This document shows positions 9,957 to 18,230 of a stretch of DNA of 64,000 nt, piece by piece. The notes below the pieces were generated by a model that saw nothing but the letters and a program-made list of their open reading frames with translations, did not search any database and was not told the DNA's origin. The stretch is from positions 24,225-88,224 of the forward strand of contig DAOTTC010000057.1 in the NCBI GenBank assembly GCA_034437815.1, read 5' to 3'. The position numbers and the translations under genes were made by a program. Position 1 is the stretch's first letter, and the number at the start of each line of letters is the position of its first letter. Source of the stretch: Chloroflexia bacterium (GTDB lineage: Bacteria > Chloroflexota > Chloroflexia > QHBQ01 > JADMIH01).

Positions 9957-12116
9957 TCACGCCTCGTGCGTAGCACCTGCCAGCCGCCTGAGGTGCACCA
10001 GCAGCACGGCTATATCCGCCGGCGTCACCCCAGCGATGCGCGAAGCCTGACCCACAGTGCGCGGGCGGAAGCGAGCCAGCTTTTGCTTTGCTTCGGTCTT
10101 CAGGCCGGTTATCTGTTCGTAAGGGAAGTCTTCGGGGATGGACCGCTCTTCCAGTTTGTGCAAGCGCGCTATCTCGGCTTCCTGCCTGACGATATAGCCA
10201 CCGTACTTAGCGGCTATATCGGCCTGTTGGGCGGCCTCGTCAATCACAGGGTCCGAGAGGTCGAGCTCGGGGAAGAGCGCGCCCAACGCCTCATAAGGTG
10301 TGGTCTGCCGGCGCACGTATTCGAGCATGGTGGTGTGGCGACCGGGGGGCGGGGCTTCGAACCCGGCACGCTCCAAACGCTCTCGCACCGCGCCGGTGAC
10401 AACCCCTTCGGACAGCCGCGACAATGCCTCGCCGATTATCTCATCCTTGCGCATCAACGCCCGGTATCGTCGCTCGCTCACCAGACCGAGCGCATACCCT
10501 ATGGCGGTAAGGCGCAGGTCGGCGTTATCCGATCGGAGGAGCAGTCGGTACTCGGCGCGGGAGGTCATGAGTCGGTAAGGTTCTCGGTGGTCCATGCTGG
10601 TCAGGTCGTCCACCATAACCCCTATATAGGCCAGATGTCTGGGCAGCACCAGCGGGCGGCACTGCTTGATATCGTCTATCAGCCGACGAATAGTGTTATG
10701 CAGTTGTTCGCCAACGCCGGTCGGGGCGTGCACCGATAGGGGCTGTGCCACCGACCCCTGCGGCGTAATGCCCAGCCTGCGGCAGTACAGGGCCGCGTTG
10801 ATGCCGGCCATGATACCCTGCCCACCCGCCTCTTCATATCCCGAAGTGCCGTTGATCTGGCCTGCCAGAAACAGCCCGGCCACGCGTTTGCTCTCCATCC
10901 ACGTGGTGATTTCGCTCGGCGGCACGGCATCATACTCTACCGCGTAGCCAATGCGCATGATTTCGGCGTTGCGCAGAGCAGGGATAGAGCGTATAAATCG
11001 CCACTGCACATCTTCCGGCAGAGATGTGCTGCACCCCTGCACGTATACCTCGTTGGTTCGCCAGCCTTCCGGCTCGAGGAATATCTGGTGGGATTGTTTG
11101 TCGGCAAAACGATAAATCTTATCTTCGATGGATGGGCAGTAGCGTGGCCCCACACCTTCTATTTGCCCGTTGAACATGGGCGCGCGATGCAGGTTCTGGC
11201 GGATGATGTCGTGCGTTTCGGGCGTGGTGTGCACCAGATAGCAGGCCATTTGCCTGCGCCAGCGGCTCGGCTCCGGTTGGGGGTAGGTGTCCAGCGGCTC
11301 AAGCTCGATGGCAGGCACGCGCTCATGGCTGAAATAGAGGGGGGTGGCACTGCCCGGCTGCATCTCGGTCAGTGCGAAGTCAATGGTACGGGCATCTATG
11401 CGCGGTGGCGTGCCGGTTTTCAACCGGATAAGTGGGAACGAAAGCTCGCCCAACACCTGTGCCAGTTGCATGGCGGGCGCTTCGCCCGCCCGGCCCGCGG
11501 CGGCAGTGAACTCGCCAGAGATGATGCGCCCGCGCAGGAAGGTGCCGGTGGTGAGCACTACAGCGGGCGCCCGGTACTCACGACCGGTGGCGGTGACCAC
11601 ACCCACCACCTTCAGGCGGCGCGATGGGGCTTGCAGAGCCTGTTCGGCGGCCTGCGGCGTATGGTGCAGGGTGGGCGCGATCTGTTCCATGCCTGCCGAT
11701 GGGTCCAGCGGCTCCAACAGCAGGCCGGCCACGTTTGCCTGCTTGAGGTGCAGGTTGGGTGTGCATTCCAGCACGCTTTTCATGGAGAGGGCGTAGAGCT
11801 TCTTGTCGCATTGCGCTCTGGGCACCTGCACGGCAGGGCCTTTGCTCACGTTGAGCATGCGTATCTGGATGGAGGTGCGGTCGGTGTTGCGCCCCATTTC
11901 CCCGCCCAGAGCGTCTATCTCGCGCACCACATGCCCTTTGGCCGGGCCGCCCACCGAAGGGTTGCACGGCATCAGGGCCACCGTATCCAGATTGAGGGTG
12001 AGCAACAGGGTGCGGTGGCCCATACGTGCCGAGGCGAGGGCGGCCTCGCACCCCGCGTGCCCCGCGCCCACAACTATCACATCGTAGCTGTCAGAATGGT
12101 CTTCGCGCCGCATCAT
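9957..12116 (-). CDS. mnmG: tRNA uridine 5-carboxymethylaminomethyl modification enzyme MnmG (GidA)
   Basis: FAD-binding motif YDVIVVGAGHAGCEAALASARMG. Conserved blocks GGPAKGHVVREIDALGG and GPRYCPSIEDK are present. The C-terminal GQASRIAGVTPADIAVLLVHL helix is present. Start placed at ATG 12116 (MMRRED). About 90 aa longer than typical MnmG because of internal insertions. Confidence 0.9.
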   Translation of the reverse strand: MMRREDHSDSYDVIVVGAGHAGCEAALASARMGHRTLLLTLNLDTVALMPCNPSVGGPAKGHVVREIDALGGEMGRNTDRTSIQIRMLNVSKGPAVQVPRAQCDKKLYALSMKSVLECTPNLHLKQANVAGLLLEPLDPSAGMEQIAPTLHHTPQAAEQALQAPSRRLKVVGVVTATGREYRAPAVVLTTGTFLRGRIISGEFTAAAGRAGEAPAMQLAQVLGELSFPLIRLKTGTPPRIDARTIDFALTEMQPGSATPLYFSHERVPAIELEPLDTYPQPEPSRWRRQMACYLVHTTPETHDIIRQNLHRAPMFNGQIEGVGPRYCPSIEDKIYRFADKQSHQIFLEPEGWRTNEVYVQGCSTSLPEDVQWRFIRSIPALRNAEIMRIGYAVEYDAVPPSEITTWMESKRVAGLFLAGQINGTSGYEEAGGQGIMAGINAALYCRRLGITPQGSVAQPLSVHAPTGVGEQLHNTIRRLIDDIKQCRPLVLPRHLAYIGVMVDDLTSMDHREPYRLMTSRAEYRLLLRSDNADLRLTAIGYALGLVSERRYRALMRKDEIIGEALSRLSEGVVTGAVRERLERAGFEAPPPGRHTTMLEYVRRQTTPYEALGALFPELDLSDPVIDEAAQQADIAAKYGGYIVRQEAEIARLHKLEERSIPEDFPYEQITGLKTEAKQKLARFRPRTVGQASRIAGVTPADIAVLLVHLRRLAGATHEA

Positions 12117-12303
12117 GCTACATAATTGTACCAGATTGCCGGCCTGCCCTATAAACCGGACCACGGACCACAAAGGCAGTGCCACTAATAATCGGGGGTC
12201 CTCAGGTCATCGGTGGGGATGCGGGGTGTCCCCCACCTACGGGCAGCGGGCGGGTGGGTATGGGGCAAGAATAGAAATTTGGAGACGTCTGGGGTCTGGC
12301 CCT

Positions 12304-15117
12304 CTATCGCTTCGCATCCGCTTGTGCCGCCATCTGTGACGGGGTCCGTGGGAGGGAGAAATAGAACGTGCTGCCTTTGCCTTCGATGGACTCCAGCCAC
12401 ATGCGGCCACCATGTCGTCGCACGATGTTGTGTGAGATATACAGGCCAAGGCCCAGACCACTCCGGTGGGTGCGCACGTTGCTCGCACGGTAGAAGCGCT
12501 CGAAAATGTGCGGCTGCTGTGTGGCGGGGATGCCCACCCCATAGTCACGCACGCCGATGACCGCCTCTTCGCCGTCCACCAGAACGCTCACGTCTATTTT
12601 TCGGCTGTCGCCTGAGTATTTGACGGCATTCTGCACAAGATTAGTGATGACCTGCTCGATGCGATGCCGGTCGGCGTGGACCATCACGGGATCGGCGGGC
12701 AGGTGCAGGTTGAACGCGAATTCGGGCGCGGTCAACTCCAGACTGCCCACCACCTCGCGCACCAATTCGACCAGATCGAACTCTTGCAGGTCGAATTCCA
12801 ACTCGCCGCTCTCCATTCTGGATACGTCGAGCAGTTCGTTGACCAATCTGGTCAGACGGTTGGACTGTTCGACGATAATGCCGAGGATGCGCACCAGCCG
12901 GTCGTTACCCGCTTCGTGTGCGGTTTTGACGCCTACCTGCGCATAGCCCTTGATGGCGGTCACGGGCGTTTTCAGTTCGTGGGAGGCGAGGGCGATGAAC
13001 TCATCTTTTTGTCTGTCGAGCAGATACCGCTCGGTGACGTCAATCACCACACTCAGGATGCCTACTACCTGACCGCTCGCGTCGCGCACGGGGCGCATAT
13101 GCACATCGTAGTAGTGCACCCTGTCGTCGTGGGCGGGTTTGAGCGCCATGCCAGCGAGGTCAACGGACTCACCAGCCAGCACCCGCAGGTGAAGGTCTTC
13201 CCGCTCGCGGGCTGAGGGGGCAACCTCATAGATCAGCCTGCCACGGGCTATATCGGGGTCTATGCCCATAATGCGTGCCCACATGGCGTTGAAGTCCACG
13301 ATGTGCCGCTCGGCATCGCCCAGCACCAGACCGACGGGCGCGGCCTCGAATATGGCGCGTAATACGGCATTGCGCTGCTCCAACTGCTGGCGGGCGCGCA
13401 CCTTCTCGGTTACCTCGATGCTGGCGATGATCACCCCTTCTACTTGGCCGTCTGAAGCGAGCAGGGGCTGTACGAAACCGTCTATATAGATCCCATCCGG
13501 GTGTGTGCGGTCCTCATAGTAGAACTCTCGTATGTGCATGGACTGGCCCGTTCGCAGCGCATAATCAATTATGGCCTGACCCTGCGCGGCGAAGGCCGGG
13601 TCCATAATCTCGCCGTATGTGAGCCCAATCACCTCTTCTCTTTTGCGACCGCTGAACTGTTCCCATGCCTGATTCACCAGTATTATCCGGCCCGCTCTAT
13701 CAACGATAGATATGGCGATGTCGATGTTGCTGACCGCATAGGCCAGACGGTCGTACTCGCTCTTGAGCGTTTCCGCGTAGGCTCGCACCTGATTCTCGAG
13801 GTGCTTACGCTCGGTGATGTCTTCGGAGATGGCAATGGCCTGCCGTGTGGTGCCGTCGTAGCCGAAGATGCTGATTTTAGAGAGGAATACCCGCTCGTGC
13901 CCATCGTGATAGCGGAATATGAGCTCTTGTTCGGGTGGCGGCGTGCCGGTCCAGATGGCGTGTTGGAGGGGCAGTTCGTCTTCCGTATACACGCGGCCAT
14001 CGGGGTGCAGTATGGTGAACTTCTCGGAGACGGGACCGGGGGTGACAGTGGGCGCCTCGAACTGTTGTTGGCCGGTGCGGTTGATAAGCACCCACCGGAA
14101 CGTGCGCAGCTCTGGTTCGCCTTCGGCCACGAACACCCCCACGGGCAGTTCCTCGAGCAGGCGAGACAGGCGGGCGCGCTCGGATTCGGCCTCTTCGTAC
14201 AGTTGGGCGCGCTCCAGAGCCGCGCCGACGTAAGTAGAAGCGGTGCGCAGCAGCTCTCTTTCAGCGGTGGTAAGCTCGCGGTGCTCGTCAAGCAGGTAGG
14301 AGAGCACACCCACGACCCGATCGTGCAACAGCACGGGCACCAGCACCGCGGTGTGCGCTTTCTCCACAGCCAACACTTTGGCGACGAGCGGGGGCGCATC
14401 GTCGGAGTGGACCACCACGATATCCTTGGTTTCACGCGCCCGGTTGTGGCCGGAGAGCACATCATGCAACAATCGGTCGGCTAACCGGCACGTCTCCTCT
14501 GTGTAACCTCGGTATGCTACCATCCGAAATCTGCGACTGTGGTCATCTGTAAGGACCACACACCCACGCCGTGCGCCCATTATCGCGAGCACGCCATCAA
14601 GGGCCGCTTCACATAAGCGGTCTGCCGTGTTCAGGTTCAACAGTCGAGTGGCAAGGTCGTTCAGCGCCTGTAGGGCCGCATTGCGTCGGGCCAACTCTTC
14701 CTGCATGGTGTGGAATTCGGTGCGCGGTTCCAGCGTCAACACCGCGCCCTGTGGTTTGCCGCCCCGCATTATGGGCGCACTGCTGACCAGCACGTATTGA
14801 GGGGGTTGTGACGGCAGGCGAGCCACCAGTTCGACATTGTGGCAGACCTGACCTGTTTCGAGCGTTCGGCTGAAAGGGAGTTGAGACACAGAGAGGGGTT
14901 TGCCGTCAGCGCTGTACAGATGGTTTAACACCGGGTGCGTGTACAGGTTCATGCCTGTGGTGATCTGGCCCGGCCACAACTGTTCCAGAATGCGGTTGGT
15001 GTAGCGCACCACCCCGGACGCATCCACTATCATAGCCGCATAGGGCATGGCTTCGAGGACGGCCTGAATTGCCTCTATATCCATAAGGTCGGTTCCATAC
15101 TCGTGCGAAGCGCTCAT
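12304..15117 (-). CDS. Multi-PAS/GAF sensor histidine kinase
   Basis: Kinase motifs present: H-box SHELKTPVTAIKGYAQV, N-box NLVQNAVKYS, G1 DYGVGIP, G2 GLGLGLYISHNIV. The N-terminal ~650 aa contain several PAS-like modules and a GAF-like module. No TM segment is evident. Confidence 0.85.
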   Translation of the reverse strand: MSASHEYGTDLMDIEAIQAVLEAMPYAAMIVDASGVVRYTNRILEQLWPGQITTGMNLYTHPVLNHLYSADGKPLSVSQLPFSRTLETGQVCHNVELVARLPSQPPQYVLVSSAPIMRGGKPQGAVLTLEPRTEFHTMQEELARRNAALQALNDLATRLLNLNTADRLCEAALDGVLAIMGARRGCVVLTDDHSRRFRMVAYRGYTEETCRLADRLLHDVLSGHNRARETKDIVVVHSDDAPPLVAKVLAVEKAHTAVLVPVLLHDRVVGVLSYLLDEHRELTTAERELLRTASTYVGAALERAQLYEEAESERARLSRLLEELPVGVFVAEGEPELRTFRWVLINRTGQQQFEAPTVTPGPVSEKFTILHPDGRVYTEDELPLQHAIWTGTPPPEQELIFRYHDGHERVFLSKISIFGYDGTTRQAIAISEDITERKHLENQVRAYAETLKSEYDRLAYAVSNIDIAISIVDRAGRIILVNQAWEQFSGRKREEVIGLTYGEIMDPAFAAQGQAIIDYALRTGQSMHIREFYYEDRTHPDGIYIDGFVQPLLASDGQVEGVIIASIEVTEKVRARQQLEQRNAVLRAIFEAAPVGLVLGDAERHIVDFNAMWARIMGIDPDIARGRLIYEVAPSAREREDLHLRVLAGESVDLAGMALKPAHDDRVHYYDVHMRPVRDASGQVVGILSVVIDVTERYLLDRQKDEFIALASHELKTPVTAIKGYAQVGVKTAHEAGNDRLVRILGIIVEQSNRLTRLVNELLDVSRMESGELEFDLQEFDLVELVREVVGSLELTAPEFAFNLHLPADPVMVHADRHRIEQVITNLVQNAVKYSGDSRKIDVSVLVDGEEAVIGVRDYGVGIPATQQPHIFERFYRASNVRTHRSGLGLGLYISHNIVRRHGGRMWLESIEGKGSTFYFSLPRTPSQMAAQADAKR

Positions 15118-15145
15118 GTTGCACCGGCCTGAACAATATCTGCTA

Positions 15146-15183
15146 TGTATGCCGTGTATGCCACGGACCGGGACGGACCGGGG
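15146..15183. repeat. Two adjacent short tandem duplications: (TGTATGCCG/A) x2 then (CGGACCGGGA/G) x2
   Basis: Read directly: TGTATGCCG TGTATGCCA CGGACCGGGA CGGACCGGGG. Intergenic, between the HK start and the TerL-like stop. Confidence 0.85.
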
Positions 15184-15374
15184 TAAAAATCAGAGCATCG
15201 TACCGGTGGGTGCTTCCATAATAGTAACATATCGCACCGCGTTATGGTAGTCCGGGGGGAAAAGGGGAAGCCGGGAGCTACGTAAGAGCGCAGACGGGCT
15301 GCCCGCGCTCATAGCGCACCTGATGCCCAATTAGAAGTAGCTTTTGGTGGTTAATCTCTGGCGATTGGCGATTG

Positions 15375-16841
15375 CTATCGCCCTCGCGCGATGCGGGGGT
15401 GCCAGTCCAGTCGGTCGAGCACGGCACAGAGGGCGGCGCTCATGAGCAGGTCGTCGTGGGTAGCGCGGTCCTGCACGCCCCATCTGAGGAGTTTGCCGGG
15501 GCCGCCGCTCACCTGCGAGCCGCACGCCTCCACCTGTGCCCAGAACAGAGCGGTGTCGGCCTCGCCATCCTCGGCGTACTCTTTGTAGCGCCCGCCGTCC
15601 ACCACACCGAGGAAGTCCCAGCCGAGTTGCGACTTGCTGTGCGCGGTGAATACGAAAGGCACCACCTGCCCCGGCAAGGCTCGCTCCAGAAAGCCTGCCA
15701 GCCCTGCGCCCACCCCGGTGGCATCAACCACCAACCATCGCGCCGCCCACACGTTGCGGGCCAGATCGATGAGGGTCGCGTATAGATGTGGGTGGGGGAT
15801 ACCCACCCACATGCGCCTATCCACCACCCGGTACGATGGGCGCATGACCAGCGGGTCGTCTAGCCCCGACAGGTCCACCTGCACCACGGTGAGCGCGGTG
15901 GCATCTCGGTGCCCGGCCACCACCGCGTGGCCTGCCTCTGCTAAGTCGGGGGTAGGTCGAGCCTGATATTCGTCCGCACCCGCCACATCTACCAGCAGCG
16001 CATACACGTGGCCGTGGGTGGCCGAGCGCCGGCGTGGGTGGTCGCCCCGCATGAGAGCGCGGCGCGCCGGGTTGAACAGGCGGCCCCCTTCGTCCAGCTC
16101 TTCCAGAAAGTATTCGGTGCGGATGAAAGGGTGGTCTCTGCCGAACTGGGCAATGCGGGCACGCACCTGTTCGCCATAACGGGGCACGCACCGCGCTACC
16201 TCTTCCCAGCCCACCTTGAACACGCGCCTCACCCCATCTTTGCGCTCCAGCTCGCTCAGATAAGCCATCTGACGGGCCAGCAAAGTGGTAGAGGTCCACA
16301 CCGTGCCCGCGAATACCTGAGTGGCGTGGAAAGCCACACCCATAGGGTCGAATACGGCATCCCATCTGCCGGGGGCAACCTCCTGAGCCTCGTTGCACGC
16401 CAGCAGGAGCGAAGCGGTCTCGCCGCGAGCCTGCGCCAGCGGATTGGCCGACAGGAAGCTGCACACCGCCCTGCCCACCCTGACGGCGTATCCATCGCCA
16501 CGAGTGCGCGTGTGCAAACAGGCGTCTACAGAGGCCAGCCTGTCGAGCAGTCTGCGCCTGCTGATGGCCGACTGCGGCCTGTAGGTGGGGTTGACCACCA
16601 CAATAGAGCCGCCGCGCAGGTTGTAGCGACACAGCAGATAGGCCTCGAGTTGGGCCAGCATTTCGTCCTTGCCCGACTGGCGCGAGAACACCACCGCAAA
16701 CTGTCTGCCCTCGCCGCGCACCACCGAGCGCACGATGTGCGCCGCTACCACCGCCTGATATTCGCGCAACTTTCGTTCCGGCCAGACCAGCCTTGAGAAG
16801 GCCTGCACGTCCTCCATTATGGCGCGCAATGGTTCGGTCAT
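15375..16841 (-). CDS. Phage terminase large subunit (TerL)-like ATPase-nuclease, isolated copy
   Basis: The N-terminal segment FSRQSGKDE aligns by eye to the TerL Walker A (T4 gp17 SRQLGKT). LLLACNEAQ sits at the Walker B position. The C-terminal RNase-H-like nuclease signatures LLVDVAGADEY, VVDATGVGAGLAGFLE and HDDLLMSAALCAVL are present. The family call is by motif resemblance. Confidence 0.55.
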   Translation of the reverse strand: MTEPLRAIMEDVQAFSRLVWPERKLREYQAVVAAHIVRSVVRGEGRQFAVVFSRQSGKDEMLAQLEAYLLCRYNLRGGSIVVVNPTYRPQSAISRRRLLDRLASVDACLHTRTRGDGYAVRVGRAVCSFLSANPLAQARGETASLLLACNEAQEVAPGRWDAVFDPMGVAFHATQVFAGTVWTSTTLLARQMAYLSELERKDGVRRVFKVGWEEVARCVPRYGEQVRARIAQFGRDHPFIRTEYFLEELDEGGRLFNPARRALMRGDHPRRRSATHGHVYALLVDVAGADEYQARPTPDLAEAGHAVVAGHRDATALTVVQVDLSGLDDPLVMRPSYRVVDRRMWVGIPHPHLYATLIDLARNVWAARWLVVDATGVGAGLAGFLERALPGQVVPFVFTAHSKSQLGWDFLGVVDGGRYKEYAEDGEADTALFWAQVEACGSQVSGGPGKLLRWGVQDRATHDDLLMSAALCAVLDRLDWHPRIARGR

Positions 16842-16851
16842 CGTCTGCCGC

Positions 16852-17205
16852 TCACCTGACTAGTTTTAGGAGCAGCTCCATGATGATGGCCCCAATCACC
16901 AGCCAGAGCAGGGTGTTGACCCTGCCCCTGACCTCGTTCACGCTCTCTCGCAGGTCTTCCAGCATATGTCGGGTCATCAGTTCATAGACCGAGCGGGGCC
17001 GGTCGTCAACGGTGGCATCGCCAACCCCATCTACTACCACAGGCATATCAACCCGCTGCCGCCTGCGCGTACCCGCACATGGTGTGCCGAAATGTGAGGT
17101 ACTCCGCCTGTATTGCCGGCGGCCCACGACTCTTATGGCGGATGGGCTGACGCCTGTGCCTGTACCTGTGCCTGTGTCTATACCGGCATGTGCGTCCAAG
17201 TCCAC
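16852..17205 (-). CDS. Small hypothetical protein with C-terminal membrane anchor (coiled segment + TM, XhlA-like topology)
   Basis: The stop TGA 16852-16854 lies 10 nt upstream of the TerL-like ATG. The C-terminus reads YELMTRHMLEDLRESVNEVRGRVNTLLWLVIGAIIMELLLKLV. Candidate starts are GTG 17205 (SD GGAGGG 6 nt upstream) or ATG 17046 (MPVVVDG). The N-terminal part contains a GCCTGT hexamer repeat and may be non-coding. Confidence 0.4.
   Translation of the reverse strand: MDLDAHAGIDTGTGTGTGVSPSAIRVVGRRQYRRSTSHFGTPCAGTRRRQRVDMPVVVDGVGDATVDDRPRSVYELMTRHMLEDLRESVNEVRGRVNTLLWLVIGAIIMELLLKLVR
17152..17175. repeat. Hexamer tandem repeat (GCCTGT) x4 (third unit ACCTGT)
   Basis: Read directly: GCCTGT GCCTGT ACCTGT GCCTGT. 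It encodes the (TG)4 dipeptide run in the upstream part of ORF 16852..17211. Confidence 0.85.
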
Positions 17206-17229
17206 AGCCAACCCTCCGTTCGTATCACG

Positions 17230-17312
17230 CTATTCACACTCCTATTGCTACTTCAGGGCACAGCCCTGCTCGGCCTTCCCTTCCCCAACATCTTGCATGA
17301 ACATACATTATG
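17230..17312 (+). repeat. IGE-1, copy B
   Basis: Hairpin CAGGGC-ACA-GCCCTG (17254-17268), then CCTTCCCTTCCCC, then AACATCTTGCATGAACATACAT (TGCAT 17294-17298, ATACA 17303-17307). It lies between two minus-strand genes. Confidence 0.75.
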
Positions 17313-17402
17313 TCAACCAAGCCTTGAAAGACAGTAGTGGAGACCCCTGTGGTCTGTGGTCGCCCCCACCCGATTGCAGGGCCTGTGCATGTTCAAGAGG
17401 TA

Positions 17403-17765
17403 TCAGGCCTCCTGTTCTTCGCCCAACCCCATCTCGCACAGCACGCGGTCCAGACGGGCCTTGATGGTGGTGATGTCGCGGTCGGCGGCGGCCAGCTTAT
17501 CGCGGGCAAGAAGCGCCCTGATGAGGGCATGGCTGAGGCGGGCCACCAGCGCGCCCACCTTTGCCAGATTGGCGGGTTGGCCCTCTGCCCTCTGCATGCC
17601 CTCGCTGGCCTGCTCCAGCGAGGCACAAAGCACCTCGATCACCCGTTCAAGGTGACCCTGACCAATGCGTGGGTTGTGCGCCGCTCGACAGGCATGGACG
17701 CCGCCCCCCTTGCTCACATCGCCCCGGTCGGTGTCGGCAGCCTCGGTCGCGCCACAGCCGCCCAT
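17403..17765 (-). CDS. Hypothetical helical / coiled-coil protein
   Basis: ATG 17765 is preceded by a strong SD (AAGGAGGAAAGC-ATG on the minus strand; CCTCC at 17771-17775). The sequence is alanine/leucine-rich and helical (LAKVGALVARLSHALIRALLARDKLAAADRDITTIKARLDRVL). I recognise no family. Confidence 0.5.
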   Translation of the reverse strand: MGGCGATEAADTDRGDVSKGGGVHACRAAHNPRIGQGHLERVIEVLCASLEQASEGMQRAEGQPANLAKVGALVARLSHALIRALLARDKLAAADRDITTIKARLDRVLCEMGLGEEQEA

Positions 17766-17955
17766 GCTTTCCTCCTTTCGTATGTGTGTCCAAGCGGGCA
17801 CTCACTACACCGTGGATCTGAGCGCTTACCCATTATGTTAAGGACTTGGGAGTACAGTTTTTGGACGAGCAGTCGGATCCGCTCCCACCAACGTCACAAT
17901 TGAGCTGGCGTTCCGTTACAAAAATAAGCGAGCACGACAAAGGAGGTGAGAACTG

Positions 17956-18117
17956 ATGAGCACTGCCAACCTTTTATGGACCATATTGGTGATTGTGCTG
18001 ATCCTATGGTTGCTTGGCTTTCTGGCGAAAGTGGGGGGTGGCCTCATCCACATTCTGCTTGTGATCGCGGTGATCATCCTTATCTACAATCTGCTCACGG
18101 GCCGCAGAACCCTGTAG
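17956..18117 (+). CDS. lmo0937-family small membrane protein (53 aa), absent from the supplied ORF track
   Basis: SD AGGAGG at 17941-17946 lies 9 nt before ATG 17956. Translation: MSTANLLWTILVIVLILWLLGFLAKVGGGLIHILLVIAVIILIYNLLTGRRTL. This matches the two-helix W-LLGF-GGGLIH-LLVIA-GRR pattern of the lmo0937 family. Stop TAG 18115-18117. Confidence 0.75.
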   Translation: MSTANLLWTILVIVLILWLLGFLAKVGGGLIHILLVIAVIILIYNLLTGRRTL

Positions 18118-18230
18118 TGCGACGTATTGCGACAGAGATGACAAATAAATAAGTAACCAATGAAGGCGCCGGTTGGACGAAAACGTGGGGTTCTGCAAAG
18201 CTGTCAGCTCAGCAACTTACCGACTCCGCA

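Noticed and set aside
17113-17337. Small ORFs sharing the peptide (F/L)PNILHE(H/Y); the others are 34503-34709 (+), 56335-56715 (-) and the N-terminal extension of 364-2475 (-). They could be a conserved micro-protein family.
   Set aside because: The shared peptide is the translation of the conserved DNA core of the IGE-1 element (AACATCTTGCATGAA). The flanking residues are unrelated, no SD is present, and the reading frames and orientations relative to the element are not consistent with a gene.
15375-17765. Prophage or phage remnant with integration site
   Set aside because: Only a TerL-like gene and two small genes are present. There is no integrase, portal, capsid, tail, tRNA or flanking direct repeats, and the composition looks native. 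I kept it as a finding about an orphan terminase, not as a mobile element call.
17337-17903. 188-aa plus-strand ORF overlapping the 17403-17765 minus-strand gene
   Set aside because: The minus-strand ORF has a canonical AAGGAGG SD and a coherent helical sequence. The plus-strand ORF has none and a shadow-like composition.
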